Below, in pieces: positions 37,889-48,535 of a DNA stretch of 64,000 bases. The DNA is from Candidatus Latescibacterota bacterium. Lineage in GTDB: Bacteria; Latescibacterota; UBA2968; UBA8231. The first letter of the stretch is position 1. The number at the start of each line of letters is the position of its first letter. Made by a program: the position numbers and the translations under genes. Below the pieces are notes generated by a model. It saw only the letters and a program-made list of their open reading frames with translations. It had not been told where the DNA came from and did not search any database. The stretch spans positions 2,976,001 to 3,040,000 of the forward strand of contig OZ253462.1 of assembly GCA_965261395.1 (NCBI GenBank), given 5' to 3'.

Positions 37889-38296
37889 ATGGCTATGAGA
37901 CCGTGCCAAGAACCGCACATCGCCCGCGTCGTAGAAATTTTACAAGATAAAAAGGCCTTCGCAATAACCTTGCTGGATCTGCGCGATGTCACCGACACCT
38001 GCGACTACTTCCTGCTCTGTACGGGCACCTCTGAACAGCACGTCCGCAGCCTCACCGACGAAGTGCGGGACCGACTCACCGAGATGGGAGAAAAGCCCTG
38101 GCACGTTGAGGGCGCGGATACGCGGCGCTGGGTGCTGATAGATTGCGTCCATTTAGTCGTCCACATCTTTCGCGAGGAGGCACGCGACTTCTACGCCCTA
38201 GAGAGGTTGTGGGGCGACGCTGTGCGCACGGATTTTGCCGATGGGGACGTGCCCGAGGACGCGCCCGAGACCTCCTTTGAATTTTCGACCTTCTAA
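37889..38296 (+). CDS. rsfS: ribosome silencing factor
   Basis: DKKA, DYF, WVLID, HIF...R.FY.LERLWGDA. Confidence 0.95.
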   Translation: MAMRPCQEPHIARVVEILQDKKAFAITLLDLRDVTDTCDYFLLCTGTSEQHVRSLTDEVRDRLTEMGEKPWHVEGADTRRWVLIDCVHLVVHIFREEARDFYALERLWGDAVRTDFADGDVPEDAPETSFEFSTF

Positions 38297-39336
38297 TGCC
38301 GATGCAAACGCTCAGATGGCAGGACGATGCCCTGATCCTGCTTGACCAGACTCGCTTACCCGAAGAGCTGGTGTACGCAACCTATCGCCACGTCGAGGCT
38401 ATTGCCCACGCCATTGAAGGGCTGGTGGTGCGCGGTGCACCGGCCATTGGCTTGGCGGCTGCGTACGGCGTCGTGGTGGGCGCGCGGGCAGCGGTCGATT
38501 GCGCCCCCGAGGCCTTTTGCCGCCGTGTGGAAGACGCTATCGCCCGCCTCGCCCGCACCCGGCCCACCGCGGTCAACCTGTTCTGGGCCTTGGATCAGAT
38601 GCAGGAGGTACTGGCGGCGAATCGGAGCCGCGACAACCACGCCATCTGCGACGCCCTGCTAGAGACCGCTCACCGTCTCTTTGAGGAAGACCGCCGAATC
38701 TGTCGCCAGATCGGTGCCCACGGCGCGGCACTCCTGCGCGACGGCAGCCAAGTCATAACCCATTGTAACGCCGGCGGCTTGGCCACGGCGGACTACGGCA
38801 CGGCCTTGGGGGTCGTCTATGCGGCCCAAGAGGAGGGTAAGAAAGTCGCGGTGTTTGCCGACGAGACCCGCCCCTTGCTCCAAGGCTCGCGGCTGACGGC
38901 GTGGGAACTGATGCAGAGCGGCATCGACGTCAAGGTCATCTGCGATAATGCGGCCGCGGTCGTAATGAGGAGCGAGGCTATTGACTGCTGTATAGTGGGT
39001 GCTGACCGCATCGCCAAAAACGGCGACGTGGCCAACAAGATCGGTACCTATGGGCTGGCCATCCTCGCCCGCGAGCACCGCGTGCCCTTTTACGTGGCCG
39101 CTCCGGTCTCGACCCTCGACATGGCCTTGGCTTCGGGAGCAGAAATTCCCATTGAGAAGCGCGCCGCAGCCGAGGTCCGCGAAGGCATGGGCAAGCTCAC
39201 GGCCCCGGACGCGGTGCCGGTTTACAATCCGGCCTTTGACGTCACGCCTTGCGATTTGGTGTCGGCGATCATCTCGGAAAAGGGCGTCGCCCGCGCTCCG
39301 TACGAACCCGCCTTGCGCGCTTGGGTTGAGCCATGA
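38296..39336 (+). CDS. mtnA: S-methyl-5-thioribose-1-phosphate isomerase
   Basis: VRGAPAIG, RPTAVNL, THCNAG.LAT, DETRP, NPAFDVTP. Confidence 0.96.
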   Translation: MPMQTLRWQDDALILLDQTRLPEELVYATYRHVEAIAHAIEGLVVRGAPAIGLAAAYGVVVGARAAVDCAPEAFCRRVEDAIARLARTRPTAVNLFWALDQMQEVLAANRSRDNHAICDALLETAHRLFEEDRRICRQIGAHGAALLRDGSQVITHCNAGGLATADYGTALGVVYAAQEEGKKVAVFADETRPLLQGSRLTAWELMQSGIDVKVICDNAAAVVMRSEAIDCCIVGADRIAKNGDVANKIGTYGLAILAREHRVPFYVAAPVSTLDMALASGAEIPIEKRAAAEVREGMGKLTAPDAVPVYNPAFDVTPCDLVSAIISEKGVARAPYEPALRAWVEP

Positions 39337-40106
39337 GAACTTATTCGATCCTCCTGTTGCTGGCCCTGCTCGGCACGGCCCACTGCGCGAGCGCGCCGCG
39401 CTGGCGCAGTGACTCGGGTGACGCTGCACCTGTCAGCCGCGAAGAATTCGACCCGCGCACCCTCGGCGAAGACCCTTTGCTAATTGAGCCGGTGCAACGC
39501 GAGAGCCGCGACCAAGCCCAAACCCCAGCAGAGCCGGCGGTCCCCGCGCAAGATCGCGCTCCAGTAGCGCGCGCTGCGGTCTATCGCCTCCAGCTTTTGG
39601 CCCTGAGTAATGAAGCCATGGCCCGCAATCGCCGCGCCGAACTAGAACGCGCGCTCGGCGTGAGGGTCTATCTAGTGGCTCGCAACGAGCACTCGGTGCT
39701 GCAAGCTGGCCAATACGCCACCCGTGCCGAGGCCGCGGCTCTCAAGGAGCAGATTGCCGCACTCGGCCCGGATTACGCCGACGCCTATGTCGTCGAGATC
39801 CCGGCGAGCATGGTGCCCGACTCCGCGCCAGCGGAGGCCGCGCCCGAGCTGGTGAGTGCCTTTGGCTGGAGGGTGCTGATCGACCAGTTCCTATCCCACG
39901 ACGAGGCCAGCCGCCTCGCGGAAGAAGCCAAAAAGCGCCTGAAGCACAAAGACATCAACGTGATCTTTAAGGAGCCTTATTACAAGATCGAAGTCGGCAA
40001 CTACCGCACTGAGGCGCAAGCTCAGGCTGCGGCCGAACGAATCGGGAGGTACTACCCCAATGCCCTCAAGGTACGCTCCCAGATCCTCGTCTCGCAGGAG
40101 GAGTAA
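39333..40106 (+). CDS. SPOR-domain lipoprotein
   Basis: lipobox-like AHC; two SPOR-like domains (PYYKI.VG.Y). Confidence 0.75.
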   Translation: MRTYSILLLLALLGTAHCASAPRWRSDSGDAAPVSREEFDPRTLGEDPLLIEPVQRESRDQAQTPAEPAVPAQDRAPVARAAVYRLQLLALSNEAMARNRRAELERALGVRVYLVARNEHSVLQAGQYATRAEAAALKEQIAALGPDYADAYVVEIPASMVPDSAPAEAAPELVSAFGWRVLIDQFLSHDEASRLAEEAKKRLKHKDINVIFKEPYYKIEVGNYRTEAQAQAAAERIGRYYPNALKVRSQILVSQEE

Positions 40107-40112
40107 CGCGCC

Positions 40113-41843
40113 GTGCGCTTGTATTGCTGTGCCATCGCATTGCTGCTCATGGCCTGTGCCCATGGCAAAAGCGCCGGGCCTTTGGTCTTCGACGAGACGA
40201 CCACACCTGTCATGCCTACGGTTGTGGACCCGCCGCCGGATACGGCTGACCTACGCGCCGTTCGCTGGCACTTGCTCCTCGCTATCGAAAGCCACGCTCT
40301 CGGGCAGACCCAACGGGCGCAAGAGGCCCTCGCCGCGGCCTTTGGCATTCTCGCCGACCTCGACGAGCACGACGCGCTCGTGGATACTGCACAAGCCGCA
40401 ACGCTCGGCTTGGCTATTGAGCGGGCATACTTCGACCTGTTGCCGCACTTGGAGCGCTTTCCCGCCGACAGCCCCTTGAACCTTCTGCTCGAGGGGCTAT
40501 TCGAGGAAAAAATCGAGACCCTGCCGGCAGATGCCGAGCCTTTGGTCCTCATCCACCAACTCGGCCGCCGCTGCGACATGCCCATTGACGCCAACGACCG
40601 CGTCGTGGCTAGTCTCCACTTCTTCCAGACGCGGGGTCGCAAGACCTTTGCCACTTGGTTGCAGCGCGCCGGGCGCTATCGCACGCTGATTGGCGATATC
40701 CTCCAGCGCGAGGGGATGCCCAGCGATCTTTTTTACCTAGCGGTTATCGAGAGCGGTCTCAACCCAAGGGCCTATTCGCGGTCGCGGGCCGTGGGGTTGT
40801 GGCAGTTTATGGCGCACACTGGCCGCATGATGGGCCTCAAGCGCACCCATTGGATCGACGAGCGGCGCGACCCGATCAAGGCGACCGTTGCCGCTTCCCA
40901 GTACCTAAAAGACCTTTTCGCAGAGTTCGGCGACTGGCGCTTAGCTTTGGCCGCGTACAACGCCGGGCCTGGACGAGTCCGCCGGGCCATTGCCCGCGCC
41001 GACACCAACGACTACTGGCAGCTCGATCTACCCCGCGAAACGAAAAACTACGTGCCGCTCTTCATGGCCGCGGCCGTCATAGCCAAGGATCCACAGCTTT
41101 TTGGTTTTGAACCCCAAGCCGCAGAGCCGGGCTTTGCATACGAGGAAGTCGCCTTGCCCAAAGACTGGCTTTATGTCGATCTGAAAGCGGCGGCCCAGCT
41201 TTTGGGTGTCGAACGCCAGACATTGCACGACCTCAATCCCGAGTTGCGCCAAGACATCACGCCGCCGGGGTCCCGCTCTCCTTATACTCTGCGGGTGCCG
41301 CCCGGCAAGGGCCGGCTCTTGCTCGACCAGTACGCTAGCCTGCCGGTCCCGCCGGGGGTAGCGATCCATCAGTACCCGGTGCAGCGCGGCGACACGATCT
41401 CTGGCATCGCCCAGACCTTTGGCGTTTCTACGCGGGTCGTTATCGCGGCTAATAGCCTCAAAAACCCCAACTCCATTCGGCCGCGGCAAATTCTCTATAT
41501 CCCGATCCCGTCCGCTCCGAGTGCCAAGCAAGCGGAGGTGCTGGGCGGCGGCGAGACCTACACGGTGCAGCCGGGCGATACGCTGTGGGAGTTGTCCCGA
41601 CGCTTTTCGGTTAGAGTCGCCGACTTGCAGGCGTGGAACGGTCTCAAAGAGGAGCTGATCAAACCCGGCCAAGAGCTAACCGTGGCCAACGAGCAAGCGC
41701 AGGTGTACACCGTGGTCACGGGCGATACGTTACACAGCATCGCCCGCAAATTCGGCCTCGCTCCCAGCGATATTGCCCGCCAGAACAACATCGGCTTCTC
41801 GGAGACGCTGCTGGCGGGCACGACTTTACAAATCCCGAGGTGA
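40113..41843 (+). CDS. mltD: membrane-bound lytic murein transglycosylase D-like (SLT + 3 LysM)
   Basis: lipobox LMAC, IES, GLWQF, AAYNAG, ET.NYVP, LysM repeats. Confidence 0.88.
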   Translation: MRLYCCAIALLLMACAHGKSAGPLVFDETTTPVMPTVVDPPPDTADLRAVRWHLLLAIESHALGQTQRAQEALAAAFGILADLDEHDALVDTAQAATLGLAIERAYFDLLPHLERFPADSPLNLLLEGLFEEKIETLPADAEPLVLIHQLGRRCDMPIDANDRVVASLHFFQTRGRKTFATWLQRAGRYRTLIGDILQREGMPSDLFYLAVIESGLNPRAYSRSRAVGLWQFMAHTGRMMGLKRTHWIDERRDPIKATVAASQYLKDLFAEFGDWRLALAAYNAGPGRVRRAIARADTNDYWQLDLPRETKNYVPLFMAAAVIAKDPQLFGFEPQAAEPGFAYEEVALPKDWLYVDLKAAAQLLGVERQTLHDLNPELRQDITPPGSRSPYTLRVPPGKGRLLLDQYASLPVPPGVAIHQYPVQRGDTISGIAQTFGVSTRVVIAANSLKNPNSIRPRQILYIPIPSAPSAKQAEVLGGGETYTVQPGDTLWELSRRFSVRVADLQAWNGLKEELIKPGQELTVANEQAQVYTVVTGDTLHSIARKFGLAPSDIARQNNIGFSETLLAGTTLQIPR

Positions 41844-41844
41844 C

Positions 41845-42312
41845 ATGAGTGTGGTCCGCCATATTCTCTTGCTGGCATTCGCCTTCACCCTGCAAACTAC
41901 TTGGGTCGATTCCCTGAAGATATGGTCGATTAAACCCGATCTATTGATTATGACGTTGAGCTTTATCGCGCTGCGCAGCGGGCCGGTTGTCGGGGCTTAT
42001 ATGGGGCTAGGGATCGGCATCCTCCAAGACATCTACCTGCCCACCGACCTCGGAGTCAATGCGCTCGCCAAGTCGCTCATCGGCGCGGGCCTCGGCTACA
42101 GCCATTCCCGTATGGTCGCCGACAGCGTCCAAGTTCAGACTGCGCTAGTTTTTGGTGCCGTGATCTGCCATGATTTTATCTACTATGTGGGTGCCAGCGC
42201 CTATGTACCCTTTGAGGTGGGCAGCATCTTGGGTCGCGCCGTGTACACAGGCCTGATCAGTGCGGTTTTCTTCGCCGGCTTGACCCTCAAACGCCATCTC
42301 TTTCCCGCTTGA
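41845..42312 (+). CDS. mreD: rod shape-determining protein MreD
   Basis: hydrophobic, PDLL, G...G..QD, directly upstream of mrdA. Confidence 0.85.
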   Translation: MSVVRHILLLAFAFTLQTTWVDSLKIWSIKPDLLIMTLSFIALRSGPVVGAYMGLGIGILQDIYLPTDLGVNALAKSLIGAGLGYSHSRMVADSVQVQTALVFGAVICHDFIYYVGASAYVPFEVGSILGRAVYTGLISAVFFAGLTLKRHLFPA

Positions 42313-42314
42313 TT

Positions 42315-44090
42315 ATGGAACATCAGCTACAACAAGATCCGCGCTCATCCTTCAAAATCCTCCTCGCACCCGTCGTCTTGCTGTTCGCGATTTTGGCCCT
42401 GCGTCTGTTTTATTTGCAGGTTGTCACCTCGGCTGACTACGCTCGCGAGTCCGAGGAAAACCGCATTGCCCAGCGGCGCGTCAAGGCTCCGCGTGGGCTG
42501 ATTTACGATCGCGATGGCCGCATCTTGGCCCGCACTCGGCCGTTTTACACCGTCTCGTTAGAGCGCACCACGCGCAAGGACTACGACGCGGCCACCACGG
42601 CGTTTACAAAGGCCATCGGCGACCTAAAAGTAGAAGGCGAATACAGCCGCAAATATCGCACCATTCGCCTCAAGCGCGATGTTGATTTTCGCACGGTATC
42701 GATCGTAGAGGAGCGACTCAAGGCCGACTGGCCCCTGCTCGATATAGAAATCGAGACCCAGCGCTACTATCCCTACGGTACGGTAGCTGCCCATCTGCTC
42801 GGCTATATCGGCATCATCCAAGACCAAGATCTACAGGGCAAAAACGACAACGCCTATGTGCTCGGCGACTTTATCGGCAAGACCGGGATCGAGAAGGTGT
42901 ACGAAAACAGCCTGCGCGGCCGCGACGGCATGTTGTACGTCGAGATTGACGCGACTGGGCGTACGGGCCGGGAATTTCCCGAACGCGACCGGCTCCCCGT
43001 GCCCGGCGAGCCCTTGCACCTGACCATTGACTTGGAAGTGCAACAGGCGGCCGAACGCGCCCTGCCCGATAGTTTGGCCAGTGCGCTGGTCGCGCTCGAC
43101 CCACGCACTGGAGCTGTGCTGGCCTTGGCCAACAAGCCTACCTTTGACCCCAACATTTTCGTGTCGTTTCAGGCTCAAAAGGAGCGGCGGCGGGTTTTGC
43201 AGAGCAAGACCGTGCTACTCAACCGCGCCTTACACGGGCGTTATCCACCTGGCTCGACGCTCAAGATGGTCAGTGCCATAGCCGCGCTCGAGACGGGCGT
43301 CACCGATACGCGGAGCCTGTTTGAGCCCTGCTATGGTTCGCTGGCCGTGGGCAGGAGCAGGTTCCGCTGCCACAAGCGGACAGGCCACGGTGGCCTGACC
43401 CTCCCAGGGGCGATCGAGGCCTCCTGCAACGTCTACTTCTACCATTTGGCTCGGTTGCTTAGCATTGAAACGTGGCACGAGTACGCGGCCAAATTAGGCT
43501 TCGGCCAGCCGACCGGGATCGTCTCCTATCCCGAGGAATCCGCTGGTCTCCTGCCTTCGCGTCAGTACTACGAAGAGCGCGGCGGCTGGTCCTTAGGCCA
43601 TATGCTCAACCTCTCCATTGGCCAAGGTGCTGTACTGGTCACGCCCATTCAGATGGCCCGCTACGTGGCCGCCATTGCCAACGGCGGCTATTTGGTCACT
43701 CCACACATCAGCGGCGATCCCCCCCCCCGCCAACGCATTAAAGGCATTTCGCCGAAGACCTTCAACATCGTGAGAAAAGCCATGCTTCGGGTGGTGGCCA
43801 GTGATACCGGCACCGGTCGCCGAGCGCGGGTTGCCGGCGTCGCAATTGCGGCCAAGACTGGCACCGCTCAAGTGCCTAACCGAGACGATGACGCTTGGAT
43901 GGTGGCCTTTGCTCCGTACGAGAAACCCGCCATTGTCATAGCGGCCGTGGTCGAAGGGGGCGGCAGTGGTGGAGCGCGAGTCGGCCCGGTTGTGCGTGAG
44001 GTCGTCAAAGCCTTCTGCATCCAAGAGGGCATCATTGAGCCAGAAGCAACCGAGGCTGACACGCTCTTAACTAACCACGGAATGCTCTAG
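42315..44090 (+). CDS. mrdA: penicillin-binding protein 2
   Basis: APRG.IYDR, STLK, SCN, KTGT. Confidence 0.94.
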   Translation: MEHQLQQDPRSSFKILLAPVVLLFAILALRLFYLQVVTSADYARESEENRIAQRRVKAPRGLIYDRDGRILARTRPFYTVSLERTTRKDYDAATTAFTKAIGDLKVEGEYSRKYRTIRLKRDVDFRTVSIVEERLKADWPLLDIEIETQRYYPYGTVAAHLLGYIGIIQDQDLQGKNDNAYVLGDFIGKTGIEKVYENSLRGRDGMLYVEIDATGRTGREFPERDRLPVPGEPLHLTIDLEVQQAAERALPDSLASALVALDPRTGAVLALANKPTFDPNIFVSFQAQKERRRVLQSKTVLLNRALHGRYPPGSTLKMVSAIAALETGVTDTRSLFEPCYGSLAVGRSRFRCHKRTGHGGLTLPGAIEASCNVYFYHLARLLSIETWHEYAAKLGFGQPTGIVSYPEESAGLLPSRQYYEERGGWSLGHMLNLSIGQGAVLVTPIQMARYVAAIANGGYLVTPHISGDPPPRQRIKGISPKTFNIVRKAMLRVVASDTGTGRRARVAGVAIAAKTGTAQVPNRDDDAWMVAFAPYEKPAIVIAAVVEGGGSGGARVGPVVREVVKAFCIQEGIIEPEATEADTLLTNHGML

Positions 44091-44093
44091 CTC

Positions 44094-45332
44094 ATGCGCC
44101 TGCCCCGCGGATTCGACTTCCCGCTCCTAATTGCGACGTTGGCGACCGTACTGATCGGTATCATCGCGATCTATAGTGCTACGTATCACAACGACTCCAC
44201 CGCGGTGCAGAACGCCTGGAGTAAGCAAATCCAATTCGCGATCTTGGCCGTTGTCGTGGCCTTAGCCGTCGTCTATATCCCGGAAAAGGTCATTTACAGC
44301 GTTGCTTACCTGCTATACCTATTCGGCATTGTGAGCCTAGTCGCGGTGCTGGCCTGGGGCACGGGCGACGCTACCCGCTGGTTGCGCTTGGGGCCGTTGA
44401 TGTTGCAGCCTTCAGAGTTGGCCAAGATCGCGACCATCATCGCCGTGGCACGCTATCTGAGCGACCGCAGCGTCGAACGTATCAACTCCTTTGGCGGCTT
44501 TCTCGGGGTCTTGTTACTCATATTGGTGCCGATTGCCTTGATTGTGCGTCAGCCCGACTTGGGAACCGCGGTTTCTTTTGGGGCGCCGCTTTTCCCCATG
44601 CTTTATTGGGCGGGGATGCGCAAGTTCTTCATCTTCCTCGTCATTTCTCCGCTCATCAGCGTCGTCTGCTCCTTAGATCCACTATGGCAATGGGGCACTC
44701 CTTACGTCTTCGCCACCTTCGTCGTCGGCAGCACTTTCTTAATCCACCATTTTCGTCGTCGGCTCTGGCTGACCATAGCCATGGCTCTCGTCAACACCTC
44801 GGCGGGTTTGCTCACGGTGTACTTTTTGGAGCACTTCCTGCATCCATATCAGAAGGCCCGTATTATGACCTTCTTCAATCCGGAGAGCGATCCGCTCGGA
44901 TCCGGGTGGAACATCATCCAGTCCAAGATCGCCATTGGCTCCGGAGGGCTGACGGGTAAGGGCCTCCTGGAAGGCACGCAGACCAAGCACCAGTTCTTGC
45001 CGGCGGCTCATACCGATTTCATCTTCTCGGTCATTGGGGAGGAGGGAGGGTTTGTTGTGGCCCTGATCGTGCTGAGCTTGTTCTTTTTTCTTATCTATCG
45101 GGCGCTGCACATCGCATCTACGGCCAACAATGCCTTTTATAGCCTGACGGCTGTCGGCTTGGCCGCGATGCTGACCTTCCACGTGTTTATCAATATCGGC
45201 ATGACCATCGGCGTCATGCCCATCACCGGCCTGCCGCTGCCCTTTCTCAGCTCGGGAGGCTCCTCGCTGCTGTCTAACCTCCTCGCCATCGGCTTGCTCC
45301 TCCACATCACCACCTACCGCCACGAGTTATGA
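44094..45332 (+). CDS. rodA: rod shape-determining protein RodA
   Basis: QPSE..K, QPDLGT, HTDFIFS..GEE, TGLPLPFLS.GGSS. Confidence 0.95.
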   Translation: MRLPRGFDFPLLIATLATVLIGIIAIYSATYHNDSTAVQNAWSKQIQFAILAVVVALAVVYIPEKVIYSVAYLLYLFGIVSLVAVLAWGTGDATRWLRLGPLMLQPSELAKIATIIAVARYLSDRSVERINSFGGFLGVLLLILVPIALIVRQPDLGTAVSFGAPLFPMLYWAGMRKFFIFLVISPLISVVCSLDPLWQWGTPYVFATFVVGSTFLIHHFRRRLWLTIAMALVNTSAGLLTVYFLEHFLHPYQKARIMTFFNPESDPLGSGWNIIQSKIAIGSGGLTGKGLLEGTQTKHQFLPAAHTDFIFSVIGEEGGFVVALIVLSLFFFLIYRALHIASTANNAFYSLTAVGLAAMLTFHVFINIGMTIGVMPITGLPLPFLSSGGSSLLSNLLAIGLLLHITTYRHEL

Positions 45333-46391
45333 ATGCGCGTCGCTAGACAGGCCGTTTGCTGCGCCCTGCTCGGTGCGTTTGTCATCAGCAATCCGCAATG
45401 CGGTGCCTATCAAGCCGGGCATGCCCAGCTTGCGCAGGTCTATTTGCGCGACGGCCTCTACGACCAAGCCTTGGCCGAAACCCGCCGAGCCATCCGCCAA
45501 GATGGGCCGAACGACCGCTTGTTCCTCATCGCCGTCCTCGCCCGGTTGGGCCTGGGCGAAGTGGATACCGCGCTGGAACTGCTCGGACAAGCCATTGCCT
45601 TGGCACCGGACAACGACGATCTGTACAGGGCCCTGCGCGACATTTGCCAAAGAGAAGAGCGTTTCGCCCAAACCGAGGAACTTCTCTCGCAGCTGCACGC
45701 AGACCACGGGCAGAGCGCGTCGCTATGGGCAACCGAAGGCTGGCTCCACGCTAGTCAGGGGCGGCCCGACGTTGCCGTAGAAGCGCTGCGCCAGGCCATC
45801 CAACTCGACGAGCACCACCTCTTCGCCCACGTTGAACTCAGCCGCCTCTTGATTGCCGAGGGGCGACTCGCCGAGGCCGAAATCGCGCTCGCCGAGGCCG
45901 TGCGCATCCAACCTGATGACCCGCAACTCGTCCTCACCTTGGGGGATTGCCAACTCCGCCAGGGGCTTGCTGAGCGGGCCGCCCGCACTTTTGATCGCGC
46001 ATTGACGGCCGAGGTCGTCAGTGCAGTTGACATCGCCCGCATTTACTACGAGCGCGAACGGCCCGACCGCGCCGTTGAATACTACGAGCGTGCCTTGGCC
46101 GGTGCTCCAGACGACCCACTGATCCTCAACAACTTGGCTTGGACCTACGCAGAAGAGGGCCTGCGCCTCAGCTATGCCCTGAATCTGTCGATGCACGCGG
46201 TCAAGCTCGACGCGGAAAGCCCGGTCTATTTGGACACCTATGCGGAATTGCTGCATCTGTTGGGGCGGCACGCCCATGCGGTGGCCATTATGCGCCAAGC
46301 CCTCGCGCTCGAGCCGACCGACGGTGAGCACCGGGCCTATCTCGAAGGCCAGATGGCGAAATTCCGCCGCGCACTCGCCGCGCGCCTGTGA
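45333..46391 (+). CDS. tetratricopeptide repeat protein
   Basis: multiple TPR motifs, LNNLAW, YLDTY. Confidence 0.85.
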   Translation: MRVARQAVCCALLGAFVISNPQCGAYQAGHAQLAQVYLRDGLYDQALAETRRAIRQDGPNDRLFLIAVLARLGLGEVDTALELLGQAIALAPDNDDLYRALRDICQREERFAQTEELLSQLHADHGQSASLWATEGWLHASQGRPDVAVEALRQAIQLDEHHLFAHVELSRLLIAEGRLAEAEIALAEAVRIQPDDPQLVLTLGDCQLRQGLAERAARTFDRALTAEVVSAVDIARIYYERERPDRAVEYYERALAGAPDDPLILNNLAWTYAEEGLRLSYALNLSMHAVKLDAESPVYLDTYAELLHLLGRHAHAVAIMRQALALEPTDGEHRAYLEGQMAKFRRALAARL

Positions 46392-46392
46392 G

Positions 46393-47421
46393 TTAGGTCC
46401 GGTAGTATTGGTAGTCGATATCGAGGTGGTCTAGCTTTGCGTACAGGCTTTTGCGCGACAACCCCACGTCTTCGGCCACTTGCGAAATCACCCCACGGTG
46501 TCGGTGCAGAGCCTCGCAGAGAAAGTGCCGCTCAAACGAGTTCCGCGCTTCCCTAAAACCGCGCTGGCTCAGGTCGGGCTCCTCTTCGTCCTTCCAATGG
46601 ATGATCTCTTCGGGCACGTCTGCCTCTCGCAACAAACTGTCCCCTGCGAGGAGGACCATGCGCTCGAGCGCGTTTTCCAACTGCCGCACATTGCCCGGCC
46701 ACGGATAGGCCAAGAAGTGGTTTAAGGCCGCGGCGTCGAGGCCGCGAATTTTGCACCCATTTTGTGCCGCTAGCCGGCGGATAAAGTATTCGATCAACAG
46801 CGGAATGTCTCCTTTGCGCTGGCGCAGCGGCGGCAGCTTGAGCGGCACGACGTTGAGTCGGTAGAAGAGGTCTTCGCGGAAGGTTCCTTTGCGGATCTCC
46901 TCCCGCAAGTCGACGTTAGTGGCGGCGATGATCCGCACATCCACCTGCAAGGTCTCCGCGCCCCCGACTCGCTCAAACTCGCGCTCTTGCAAGACGCGCA
47001 ACAGGCGTAGTTGCACGCGCATATCTGCCGCACCAATCTCGTCGAGAAACAAGGTGCCGCGATCGGCTAGCTCAAAGCGGCCTAAGCGCTGGCGGACTGC
47101 ACCGGTAAAGGCTCCTTTCTCGTGCCCGAACAGCTCGCTCTCCAATACGCCTTCGGGGAGCGAGGCGCAATTGAGCCGCACAAACGAGGCCCTGCGCCTT
47201 GGGCTGCGCTCGTGCAAGCGCCTCGCCACTACTTCTTTGCCCGTGCCGCTTTCTCCGGTGAGGAGCACGGTCGCTGGGGACTCGGCGACCCGGTCGGCTT
47301 GGGCTAGCAGGTGGCGGACTTGGGCGTTTTGGGTGATAAATTCGGGATGGTCAGCACAGCGGGGAGAGGACGAGCTCACTCGCGTAGCCGCGTCCGAATT
47401 AGCAGACGTACAAGAATACAC
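46393..47421 (-). CDS. sigma-54-dependent Fis-family activator without sensor domain
   Basis: GESGTGKE, GAFTGA, FLDEIG, WPGNVRQL, C-terminal HTH. Confidence 0.93.
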   Translation of the reverse strand: MYSCTSANSDAATRVSSSSPRCADHPEFITQNAQVRHLLAQADRVAESPATVLLTGESGTGKEVVARRLHERSPRRRASFVRLNCASLPEGVLESELFGHEKGAFTGAVRQRLGRFELADRGTLFLDEIGAADMRVQLRLLRVLQEREFERVGGAETLQVDVRIIAATNVDLREEIRKGTFREDLFYRLNVVPLKLPPLRQRKGDIPLLIEYFIRRLAAQNGCKIRGLDAAALNHFLAYPWPGNVRQLENALERMVLLAGDSLLREADVPEEIIHWKDEEEPDLSQRGFREARNSFERHFLCEALHRHRGVISQVAEDVGLSRKSLYAKLDHLDIDYQYYRT

Positions 47422-47466
47422 AGGCAGCCTCCCTTTCTTATTTGGATGTTTAATACGAAAGTGAAT

Positions 47467-47494
47467 ATGATATGCGAATACAAACGATTGTCAA
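47467..47494 (-). promoter_or_regulatory. putative sigma70 promoter of the sigma54 activator
   Basis: minus strand TTGACA-N16-TATCAT. Confidence 0.5.
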
Positions 47495-47547
47495 GAACAA
47501 TCGGTATAAAAAAAACAGAAGGGGGGGATCAGGCTAAGATAGAGGGG

Positions 47548-48315
47548 CTATCGGTGCAGATCGGCGCAGATCTCGGAAACCAAGCTGTTGTAGTTGCTGG
47601 TGCCTCTCGATCCTGCGTCGTAGAGCACGACGGGCTGGCTGAAACCCGGGGCCTCGGCCAAGCTGATGTTGCGGCTGATGATCGTCTGATAGACCTTGTC
47701 GCCGAAGTGGTTGCGTACTTCTTGGGCCACGCGACGGCAAAGCTGCAAGCGATTGTCGTACAGGGTGAGTAAAACGCCCTCTATTTCGATAGTGGGGTTG
47801 AGATAGCGCCGCACCACGCGGATGGAATCGCTGAGCTTGCTCACGCCCTCTAAGGCATAGTACTCGCACTGCACCGGGATGAGCACGGAATCGGCCGCGC
47901 TCAGCGCGTTGATCGTGAGCAAGCCCAAAGAAGGCGGGCAATCAATGAGTATAAATTCGTACTGCCCCTTTACCGGGTGCAGTGCTTCGGCCAGCCTCTT
48001 GTCGCGCCCGACCATGGCGGCCATCTCCACTTCAGCACCTGCGAGGCGGATGTGCCCAGGCACTACGAAGAAGTCCTTTATATAGGTAGGGAAAGTCGCT
48101 GCGGAGGTGCTGAGCTGGCCTAGCAAAACCTCATAGGTAGAGGCGTAGTCGCTGCCGAGCGCGGCGTCGCAACTACTAGTGGCATTGGCCTGCGGGTCTA
48201 AGTCGATGAGTAGGGTTCGGTGGCCGGAAAGGGCTAGACAGGCGGCTAGATTGACAGCCGTAGTGGTTTTACCCACTCCGCCTTTTTGATTGGCGATGGC
48301 GATGATTTTGCCCAT
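47548..48315 (-). CDS. parA: ParA/Soj family ATPase
   Basis: [35 protein letters not shown]. Confidence 0.93.
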   Translation of the reverse strand: MGKIIAIANQKGGVGKTTTAVNLAACLALSGHRTLLIDLDPQANATSSCDAALGSDYASTYEVLLGQLSTSAATFPTYIKDFFVVPGHIRLAGAEVEMAAMVGRDKRLAEALHPVKGQYEFILIDCPPSLGLLTINALSAADSVLIPVQCEYYALEGVSKLSDSIRVVRRYLNPTIEIEGVLLTLYDNRLQLCRRVAQEVRNHFGDKVYQTIISRNISLAEAPGFSQPVVLYDAGSRGTSNYNSLVSEICADLHR

Positions 48316-48507
48316 GTCGATATTTTGCCCTGTGAAAGCCTGCAAAAAGGCTCAATCAGCTAGACCGGACCGCGCCCAAGCGCGACTCCATGCTATGTTA
48401 GTGAGCAACAAATCGAGCGGGCCGACTGACCGCTCCCACAAAAAAGGGAGCCGCCAAACTGTACTCGGGGGAGTTGTACAGAAGGCCCTAATCACCGCCT
48501 CTCATTC

Positions 48508-48535
48508 AATATAAAGAGGCGTAACGGCTCGTCAA
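48508..48535 (-). promoter_or_regulatory. putative sigma70 promoter upstream of parA
   Basis: minus strand TTGACG-N16-TATATT. Confidence 0.45.
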
